Under the pieces are notes generated by a model. That model was not told where the DNA came from and made no database searches. It was given only the letters and a program-made list of their open reading frames with translations. The position numbers were made by a program, and so were the translations under genes. Positions 54,790-64,000 of a stretch of 64,000 bases of DNA are shown here, piece by piece. Source of the DNA: Blastocladiella emersonii ATCC 22665 (taxonomy: Eukaryota > Fungi > Blastocladiomycota); the NCBI GenBank assembly GCA_025594325.1, contig JANHCV010000013.1, forward strand, positions 1,313,397 through 1,377,396, read 5' to 3'. How positions within the stretch are numbered: the first letter of the stretch is position 1; every line of letters begins with the position of its first letter.

Positions 54790-57700
54790 TCCCGAGTTTT
54801 AGGCTTGCGCTCAACTCGAGTCAACGAAGTTGTTCAGAAAGCGAGGACGGTCGACATAAAGTAGAAACGGGGCCGCTGTGCGCGCGTGCGACTCGAGTTC
54901 GGCGCGGGCGGCGGCCTTGGCCACGAACCACTCGCGCGGGAGGGCCGCGTTGAGGACCGATACCGCTTCCGTATCGCTCGGGTACGCGGCGCGGAAGCGG
55001 CTGAGGAAGTCGGTGCCGGCGTCGCGGAGGGCTGTTTACGGCGGGCGCGGCGCGCGGAGTGCGCAGGTCGAGCGCGAGAACGCGCTTGGTGACGAGCACG
55101 ATGGAGCTGAGCGCGAGGAGCTCGCGGACGATGGCGGGGTCCGCGGTCCAGTGGCCCGACGGGGCCTCGATGGCCTTGTGCGCTTCGAGGTCCGCGACGA
55201 GGGCGACGACCGGCACGAGAGCGCGGCGTTCCACGACGACGAACTTGTACAGGTCGGCGGCGTACCTGTCGGCGCACTCGGCCTGGTTGTGATGGATGCC
55301 GGGCGAGCGATTCCTGAGCACCTTGGTCGTCGTCGTCATGAGCGCGACGAGGCGGAGGTGGTAGACGGTCACCGCCTCGACGAGCGGCTTGAAGGCGACG
55401 CGCGGGGTGACGGCGATGGGCGGCAGCACGACCACGTCCTCGGACACGGGGATGTGTGCGTGGCGCCACGATAGGCCCATGTCGCGGAAGTCCTTGGGTC
55501 GGCCAACGCCTTCTTGCGCACCTGCAGCAGAGTCGACGGCTCGTGCATGGTGAGCTCCGCCATGAGCTCGGCGAGCGGGAGCGGGACCTCGGCGACGCGC
55601 GCGCGAGCTGTACCGACCGGGACAGGATCGGGCCGAGTCGGGAGCGCGGCGTGGGCGTCCCCAAAAACCGCGGAATCGAGCATCGCGGCGGCCATGCCGG
55701 CCTCGAGCGCACCGAGGAGCGGGTACAGTGGCACGACGAGTGGTGCAGGAGCAGCGGCGGGTGCGGGACGACTTGACCCTCGTTGACGAGCTCGGCGGGG
55801 ACGGCGGCGAACCCGCTCATGACGGCGTCGTCGGCGTCGAGCCCGTGGTGGAGCATGCACGCGGGCGCGACGGCGGCTGTAATGATCTCGCGGGCCGCGT
55901 GGCCGCGGGCGAACCAGGTGAGCATGGGCTTCCGCAGGGCGGGGCCGCGAATACCCTTGACCTCGAGGTGGTGCGGGGACGGGAGCGGGTGGAGCGCGAT
56001 CGCGGCGGCGGCGGCGGCCAGGCTGCCCAGGAACTCGCGGCGCGCGTGCACCGCGCCACGCGTGATGGCGCGGGAGAACAGGCGGATTGCGGCGGCGTCG
56101 GGCAGGTCGAGAAGCGGCGGCAGCGCGTCCTCGCCCGGGATCGGCAGGCCAGCCTCCTTTACGTCGCGGCGCGCGATCGCCCAGGCAGGGATCGCCGCGA
56201 CGCGGGTCGCGAACGCTGCGTCGTGGTCGGCGCGCAGCGTGTTGACGTCGAGGTGCATGACGTGCAGCAGGTCAGGGCCGAGCAGCGCGTCGATCAGCGT
56301 GCCGGCGGCGGGGTTCAGGGCGGCGTCGTGCTTGGCCGCGCCGACAGACGTGAGCTGGCTGAGCCACGACTCGGAGATCTGGTTGAGCGTCTCGACGCGC
56401 TGCTCGTCCACGAGCTTGCACTGGAACCAGTGGAACGGCGTATCCTGCAGGCCGCACGAGCACCGAGATGCCTTGAAGTCGGCGTCCCAGCACTGGATGC
56501 AGCGGGCCTTGGGGTTCGGCTCGGCGGCGCACTCGGCCCTGCCGCAGGTGGGCACGGCGATGCGGCCGACCGAGTGCAGCGACTCGCGGCACGGCAGCTT
56601 GTTGGCGAGCGCGCGCAGGCGGAAGGACGTCTCCTTGTTCTGGTCGCGCGAGGTGCGGCGCGCGAGCGGGCGCAACCCGCCGTGGAGCGCGAGCGCGGTC
56701 GCCTCCCAGTCGAGCTCCTCGGCCTGGGCGGCGGCAGCGTTCGCAGCTGCTACAGCGGCGGCCGCAGCGGCGTCGGCGGGTCCGGGCTCGGGCGTCGGCG
56801 GCTGCGCGAGCGCGAGGTGCGCCACGTTCTCGGCGAGCACCGCGTCGCGGCACTCGGCCTGCGCGAGATCGCGCATGAACTTGCGCGGGTCGCCGCAAAT
56901 CTCGTGGTCGAAAAAGGCGGGGACGTGGTGGAGGTCCGACTCGGTGCGCGTGCGTTTCGAAAAGTACGCGTCCGAGGCGGGCGGCTGGTTCGCCGCGGCC
57001 TTGGCGGCGCGGTCGGCGATGTTGTTGGGCGTGGTCGGGTCGTCGGCGTGGCCGCGGACCCACGAGAAGGCGACCTTGACGTTGCGGTCACGCAGCGCGA
57101 GGCGGAGCGCGGACCACAGGTCGCTCGACGCGCACCGGACGCGCTGGCGCATCGTCGCCGTCGGCGAGAGCTGCGTGCGCGCGGCCTCGATGGCGGCCTG
57201 CGAGTCCGAGTAGATGTGCAGCGCGGTCCCGGCGGCGACCTGCGACACGGCGAGGACGAACGCGTGGATCTCGGCGCGCGTCGACGAGAACGGGCCGGGC
57301 GGCAGCTTGGCGGCGGCGATGTGGCCCACGTCGTCGTCCGTGACGCCGTTGGCGGCCGCGCGGCAGTCAGCGTCGTGGCGCGTGGCCGTGTCGTAGCCGT
57401 CGGGCAGAGGGAACACGGCGGCGGAGCCCGCGCGCGCGACGCCCTCGGGGCCCGGCCGGTCCGCGTAGTACGAGCCGTCCGTGTACGCGACGACGACGTT
57501 GCCCGGGGTGGGCATGATCTGGAACCCGACGGCGCGGACAGGATCGGCGAGCGCGGCGGCGGGGCGGGGGCGGGTGTGGCGGAAGACGAGCGGCGGCGCG
57601 CCGGCGGGCGCGGGCGGGTCGTCGTCCATGGGCAGCGCGGGCGGGTACATTTCCTGCCCGTGGCTGATTTCCGTGATCCGGGCGTGGTTGCGGTTCGCCA

Positions 57701-60240
57701 CGTCGATCAGGATCCGGGCGACGTCGCGGTCGTCGGCGTTCATGCGCGCGTTGCCGTTGTCCGTGAGCGGCACGCGGAACTCCTTGACGAGCTGCTGCAC
57801 GTCCTTGGTCGCCATGCGGCGGAGCATCGGCAGCGTGTACTTGCGCCCGACGAGGCCGTCATCGTTGTCGGGCGGGTACTCGAGCAGCGTCTCGAGCGTG
57901 TACAGGGGCAGCCACCGGATCAAGTTCTTGGTCCAGACGCGGTCCTGGTTCTTCTTGCCGCGCACCGTCATCTCGGGCACGACGAGGACCGTGGGCGTGC
58001 AGTTGCCGGGGACGATGAGGTTGTAGTCGCGGCGGCGGTCCACAATCGACATCTTGCGCCGCTGCATGAGCAGCAGCAGGTTGTCGAACCACACGCACGG
58101 CAGCTGGTTGGACATGGGCACGAGCGCGAGGTCGGGCCGCTCGAGCGGCGAGAAAGCGCACTGCGTCTGGAACTGGAGGATGCCGAGCTCGTAGCGCGCG
58201 GGCACGCCGTGCGGGCGCGGGTCGTTGAGCATGACGCACAGGTCGGTGACGTGCTGCTGCGTGATCAGGTCGGCGAGCGAGTGCAGGCCGATGATGTCGC
58301 GGTCGTGCAGCATGGCCGTGGGGAACGTGTTGGGCAGCTTGTACTTGCGGCGCACGAGCGCGCGCGCCGACTGGTCGATGCGGTCGAGCTGCGCGAGCGA
58401 CGGCACGCGGAACAGCGAGCGGTACGCCGCGGCGGGGAAGAAGACGGCGTTGAGCAGGTACACGGCGGCCTTGCCCGCAATGCGGCGGGCGGTCCTTGAG
58501 CAGGGCGAGGCCCTTGCGCGCCTCGGCGAGGCACGTGTTGGCTGCTTCGCGGCCGAGCATGGCGTGGTCAATGAACACGCCCAGGTAGCGGAACGACTTG
58601 CCGACCCAGGGGACGGCGACGCCGCGCACGACGAGGGGCGCGTTCTGCGGGACGTTGGGCCCGCCCGTGAGCGCCCCGCCGTCCCACTTGGAGAGCATGC
58701 GGAGGACCGCACCCTTGGCCGGGTTCGCGTTGATGCGCGTGAGCCCGTTGAAGTCGTCCACAATATCGACGATGCGTTGCAGGTGGTCTCGGTCGGATGC
58801 ATAGAAGACGGCGTCGTCCATGTAAGCGACGGCGGCGACGCGGAGCGTGTCGAGCTGGCGGTGCGACGCGCGAAACGTGAACGGCGGCGCTGCAAACCCG
58901 CGGTTGGGCCCGACGTGGCGCAGCCCCGAACCGGCCCCGAGCGTGATACCGAACCCGCGCGCGTCCTCGTCGTGGTCGGCGTCGCCCGTCTCGACCGTGA
59001 GCCGGTTGACCTCGCACAGGCACACGTCGTAGAAGAGGTTCCACAGCAGCGGCGACTCGACGGCCCCCTGCGGGAACCCGCGCTCGATGCAGACCTCGTC
59101 CGACAGGCCGTACGCCGTGAGCACGCGCGCCGTGCGCCCGTGCAGCATGCCGTCAAAGTAGAAGTCGACGAACTCGGGCGGCAGCCGGATGCGCCGCATG
59201 GCGCGCTTGAGCAGGGCGTGCGGCACCGAGTCGAACGCCTTGGACTTGTCCTCGAAGTAGGCCCACAGCGGGCCGTCCTCGATGCGCGCCTTGAGCGCGG
59301 CGGCGTGCAGGATCGTCGTCGTGTCGGTGCCCGGGATCGCCGAGTACCGCGCGCCCTGCAGGACGTCGTGCTCGCGCAGGACCGGGTGCATGCGCTCGAG
59401 CAGGATCTTCATGAGCACCTTGGACGCGGTCTCGAGCAGCGTGAAGGGGCGCGAGTTGGTCGCGTTGCCCGTGAACCCGGCGCTCGTCTTGGGGATCAGG
59501 TAGATGAGGCCCGTCTTCCACGACGCGGGCGCGGACCGCGTGCGCAGGCACGCCGCGAGCAGGGCGAGCAGCGCCGTGTGCGTCTTCTCGCCGGCCCGCT
59601 CGAGGAGCCGGACCGTGAGCCCGGTGCCGCCGGGCGCCTTGTCCTTGCCCGACGCGGCGAGCACGTCGGTGAGCTCCTTGTGCGTCGGCGCGGCCATGAG
59701 CCCGTCCCACACGTCGTCGATGATGCGCTGGAGCGGCGCAAACGCGTGCTGCCACCGGCCGGGCAGCTGCGCGTCGGGGTCGCCGTCGCCGTCCTCGTAT
59801 CGGCTGAACCAGCCCTGGACCTGCTCGGCGACGACACGCCTGACCTCGGCGGGCTCGCGCGTGATGATCGGGCCGTCCCCAGCGTCGCCGTCGGGCGGGG
59901 CGGGGCACTGGACGTGGTCGACGGTCGCCTGCGCGCGCCTGGTCCGCGTCGCCGAGTCGATGAGACAGCGCAGCTTGTGCTCGAACTGGTCGTCGCGCGC
60001 GTCGGTGCGCTCCTCGAGGCGGCGGCTCGCCACGCCCATGTCGCACGCCGCGCGCGCCGCAATGATGACGCACGTGGTTGCCGCGGGCGGAGTTCGCCGC
60101 GGCCATGCGGTCGAGGAGCACCGCGAGGCTGTCGCCGCTGACGCGGAGCGGCGCGAGCGCGGGGCTCTACGCGCGCCAGTCCACCCGCGCGGCGAGGAGC
60201 GGGCGCCACCGCTTGACGCCCGCGCGCTCGATCAGGCCGT
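54790..60240 (-). mobile_element. Degenerate non-LTR (LINE-type) retrotransposon ORF2: RT, RNase H, CCHC knuckle, long extension
   Basis: RT motifs KAPG, WKTG.IYLIPK, RPFTLL, DKSKAFDSV, GFPQGAVESPLLW, YMDD, FRYLG. RNase H motifs YTDGS, RAE, YSDSQ, WVRGH, NNIADRAA. Knuckle C.C....TPFHWFQC. Frameshifts near 60080, 58480, 55770, 55490 and 55040. Confidence 0.92.
56995..57500 (-). other. RNase HI domain of the retroelement
   Basis: All four acidic residues (TDGS, RAE, YSDS, ADR) and the RGH histidine are present. Confidence 0.9.
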
Positions 60241-60399
60241 CGGCGGCGGGCGCGAGGTGCGTGTTGGGCACGCGCGCGTGCGGGGCGAGGACGGGCGAGT
60301 GGACGAGTGACGCGAGCGAGTGGCGCAGGAGGAGGGGCGGGCGCGGGATAATCGGGCCCTCGTTGGCGGGTTCTCGGCGGGAACGGCAGCGAACCCGCT

Positions 60400-61160
60400 C
60401 ACGACGGGTGTTACGCGCGGCGAACTCAAATGCGTAGTCGGCGTCGCCGTCGGGCGCGCCGCAGACAATCACCACACGCTCGGCGCCGGCGACTGCAAAG
60501 CACTCGGCGAGGATGCGCGTGACGATCACGCGCGCGCGGAGCGAGGACGGGCGAGTCGACGAGCACGTTCAGCGGAGCGGGTGCATGTTCCACATGCCGC
60601 AGACCGCAGGGGCATGTGCAAGCAGGCGGTGCGTGGCGAGCGCGATGCCCATCGACTCGTGCGCCGTCGGTGCGGCGATGGACGACGCGGTCGGTCGGTG
60701 GCGCGGCATCCACGTCCATGGCTAGAGAGAGAGGGGGCCGAGTTCGGACATCAGGGACGAGTTATGTGGCGGATTGCGCGCGCAGCGAGCGCACCGTTGG
60801 CATCCTCAGATGCACCGCTGAGCGAAGCGGTCCGGCGGCGCTTGCCGGGAGCCGACTTGGCGGGGCTGCGGGAGGGCGACTCGTTCTGCAGAGCGGCGTG
60901 CACGATGAGTGCGACGAGGTCGAGGACGAGCGGGCAGCACGCGGCGACGACGGCGCGGGTGAAGTGCGGGTCGGCGAGCACGGCAGCGAGCGCGGTGAAG
61001 GCGGCCTCCTTGGCGTGGCGGTCCAGCGGTGATGGCGCAGACTCGGGGAAGGAGAAGCGAGGGTGGAGAGGGTGTCCGGGCCAGGTGCAGCCGACTCACT
61101 TGCGGCAGCGGCGAGGACGGTGCGGGCGAAGTGCAGATTGGCGATGTTTGGTTGATAGCA
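60400..61160 (-). pseudogene. Fragment resembling the midasin (MDN1/Rea1) N-terminus
   Basis: Across frameshifts and a GT...CTAG intron it reads FTALAAVLADPHFTRAVVAACCPLVLDLVA ... ALATHRLL..MWNMHPL..RARVIVTRILAECFAVAGAER. This matches my recollection of the midasin N-terminal pattern (LL.P.FT..I...F.PLL.DL; W..SPL..VR.LA.R..A....EAER). Not confirmed by search. Confidence 0.45.
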
Positions 61161-62999
61161 TTGCAGCAAGTTGCGAGAGGTGAGGGCGAGTAGGGAGCAC
61201 ACAGGTTTGGAGTAGGTGCAGAGAGAGGCGGCGGGAGCGGGTCGCACAACACCAGCCGAAGGGGCTCCTGTCACTTCAATCCGCAGCCACGCGAGGCCGC
61301 GCCGCTCCTGGTTCCCTCTCCCTCTCCACTCCCTCGTCCCCTCCCTCTTACTGGCTTGGAACTCTACCGCACTCTATGCAACTTGTCGCAAATGATACAT
61401 GACCTCTCTTGCTGCGACTTGTCCGCCCTTCCAATGAGACCACGGAGCTGGCCCTGCGCGTCGGGGCGGAGCCGTGCGTCGCCGCGTGTACACGGCGCAC
61501 CGCGGGATGCGGGCAGTATCGCGTGCGGGACATGTCGCAATCCGCCAACCGTCCGTGAGACAAGGTGGCGGCGCTCGCCGCCAAGACGGCGAGTCGCTCG
61601 TTCTTGCCGCTCCCCGCTGTGTCTACGCAACCATGATAGGGCGGCCCTCGCTTGATATCGACCTGGCGTTCGAGCCCGCGGCGCTCACAGCGCTGCGCGA
61701 CGGGGCTCAAGCAGGTCGCAGTTGCGCGCCCGCTGCGCCGCAACAAAGCGCGCTCGCCACGCACACGATCAACCAGTACCCGTCCCGTCGCCGTCCCTTG
61801 CAATCGCGGCCGTGAACTCGCCTCACCCGCTCGCTCGCTCGCTTGTCCCGTTCGCCTGCGCGCTCGTCCCGCCGCCCACGGGCGCGGTCCATTGTTGCGT
61901 GTACAGGGACCACGTTCTTGTCGCCCTAGGTCCCGCTCGCGCTCGCCGTGGTGCACGTGCCCATCACACCGACCGCGCGGTGCATCTTCCCGCGCGCACC
62001 CGTCGCGTGACGCGAGCTCGCCCTGCCCATGTGCTTTTCCCGCCGCGTGCGCCAGCTGCCGTCGCGCCCGTCACACCCGTCTGCATGCGCCATTCACCAC
62101 CGCGTTTGACCCATCAGTGCGCGCAACGCCCGCACGCGATTCGACCGAGCGCGTGCAGGGACTGTGTGCTCGTCGCGTTGTATACGGGAGTAGCGCTGAG
62201 GGCAGTGCAGCGGTGCTGTTCGATGCCGCGTTGCTCGCGGGCATCGCTCCGCCAGCGGTCGTGGTCGCGGGCGTGTCGCTGCTCTTGCGCGCTTATTCTT
62301 ATCGCGATTGTGAGCCCGCGCATATGACTCGCCTGCTAGGTCGACCCGTGCACCCGATTGCGTGACCCGCGCGCCACTGCCATGGCCGTCTGCCTTGATT
62401 GCGACTGTGAGTCCGCCGTCGCGCCGCAAATAGGACGCAATTTGGACAGAGCGCGCGGCGAGTGCGCCCTGAAGCAGCAAAGAGCTACTCGACCTCACGT
62501 CAGCCGCGCCGCGTCAATAGCAAACTGCGTTGCAACCACGCGATCTTCGTGGCGCAACTGCTTGCCGCGTCGCCGGGTGTGTAGATACGCTTTTCCTCGC
62601 CCCGCGGCCGTCGCGATTGGACTTGTGAGCCTCTGAAAGCTGTTGTAACGGAATCGGAGACGCTGCATGCGCGACCAACACAGCTGCCTTACTCTCAGTC
62701 AACTGCTGCAGCTCCGTACCAGCATCATCTGCGCCGCCGCCTGGCCTCATAGCGGCGGACGCGTTCGCAGCCACGCCCATCAACTTGCAGCGCGTGTGCG
62801 CGCTCATCAACGAGTACTACAACTGTCACGCTTCCCTGTCTCGCGATGCGGTATTGGCGAACGCTTGCGCACTGAACAAACGGCGCGGAGCATCGTTACG
62901 CGATGGCCTCGCTGCTAGGATGCGCAAGAACTGAGCGGGATCACGCACTCTTAGCGCATCTGCGCCCCACACGCCGCGCTCACGCAGCAAATAGAAAGC

Positions 63000-64000
63000 A
63001 AAGCGAAGAAAGAAACTTATAAAGCAGGGTATTAACGGCGCGTTGTTGCCTCAGAAAATGTGTGGGACGTGGGCTTGGACGACTAAGGGGATCGGACCTG
63101 GTCAAAGTGCATCTCAAACCCACGCGCGACGCGAGTCTACATGTGTATGGAGCGCGCCATCAACGAGCCAAAACGCGGCCAGAAATCACAAAAAGGTTGC
63201 GCTGGACAACGAGAGAGCCATGGGTCGGTCTTCCGCGTGGAAGCGAAGCAAAGCGTGATTGCAAAGTTCTGCACGCGCGCGCGTCTGTACACCCCGCGTT
63301 TTAAACTGTAGACTCTTGAGAGGGAGGATGGGCCTCTGGGAGTCGGTGCAGGCATTCCGTAAATACTTCGAGACCGCGTGACGGATCTAATGCAAGGGGG
63401 CTGAGAATCGACTTTACGAGCATGCGTTACAGAGCAAGTCAACGCGGATAAGTGTGGATAAATAGAATAGCCACACGGTGCCAGCAATCCAGAAGAAGTC
63501 GTACTGGGCGAAGAGAAAAGTGCGAAACTTGAGCAGAATTGAGGCAAACCAAGTGCTGCGGCGCAAGCGAACTCAAGCGAAAACGAGGATTGTGAACGAA
63601 TCCCCACGATTCATTATTAAAAGGCCCGCACAGTGATACGAATGACTGTCCACTAATAGAACCTGCGCAGAAGAAGGTCGGCGTGGTACGACTTGGTTGC
63701 GAATTGCATGAGCAGCAAATGTCGTAGACTTAGTGCTTCATGTAGCGGGTAAACCTGAACAGCAATCAATGCGAGTGATAGAGGAGAATAGAAAACGAGA
63801 GTAGAGCAGAAAACAATGAAATAATAACGCCAAACACACTTTTCGAAATGGACGGCGGAACGTGATAAGGATTACGCAGTTCTGACTGGACAATCGTCTT
63901 GTGTATGATTTTATAAATTCAAATATATTACGTGGAGTGTATTCGTAAAGCAGGATTACGTAATATTTTAATCTGGCGAAAAAAACAATGATTACAAATT
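63000..64000. other. AT-rich, apparently non-coding tract
   Basis: Base composition shifts progressively to strongly AT-rich at the window end, with no long ORFs. Confidence 0.7.

Noticed and set aside
54790-60240. Possibility that the RT is a retron, DGR, group II intron, LTR or Penelope element
   Set aside because: The PQG/YMDD context, domain-0 KAPG, downstream RNase H and CCHC knuckle are LINE-type. No integrase, protease, GIY-YIG, LTRs or TR/VR pair were seen.
32128-61160. Rix1 and a midasin-like fragment (partners in pre-60S maturation) in the same window
   Set aside because: They are 26 kb apart, the midasin-like piece is only a degenerate fragment with an unconfirmed assignment, and coincidence is sufficient.
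1-64000. CRISPR arrays, tRNA or rRNA genes
   Set aside because: No regularly spaced repeat-spacer units or recognisable structural RNA motifs were found by eye. A covariance-model scan was not possible.

Overview
GC-rich, intron-containing eukaryotic genomic DNA (GTACG-type donors, very high GC3). The gene content (FANCJ-like helicase, class C GPCR, low-GC F-box/ankyrin-like orphans) suggests an early-diverging fungus, probably a blastoclad or chytrid; this is inference. Core genes: two paralogous sugar-porter MFS transporters, a FANCJ/BRIP1-like Fe-S helicase, an M1 aminopeptidase, Rix1/PELP1, a AAA+ ATPase, a two-finger C2H2 transcription factor, a GABA-B-like class C GPCR, IML2/TTC39 and PFK-2/FBPase-2. 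The striking feature is the architecture. (1) There are two 'arm-spacer-inverted arm' duplications: 1-649/3337-3985 (left arm runs off the window) and 11260-18411/21930-29081 (7.15 kb arms). In both, the left arm continues naturally into the spacer and the inner junction of the right arm is new. The larger one creates an in-frame 5'-chimeric aminopeptidase. (2) A ~2.1 kb module occurs three times with near-identical cores but diverged edges, which looks like gene conversion. (3) The third copy lies 3' of a frameshifted LINE-type RT-RNase H-CCHC element. That element has a very long C-terminal extension and, where ORF1/endonuclease would be, a midasin-like N-terminal fragment. Lower-GC, intronless orphan ORFs sit in the spacers and next to the module copies. 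No rRNA, tRNA or CRISPR was recognised. All alignments were done by eye and all family assignments come from motif recognition, not database searches.
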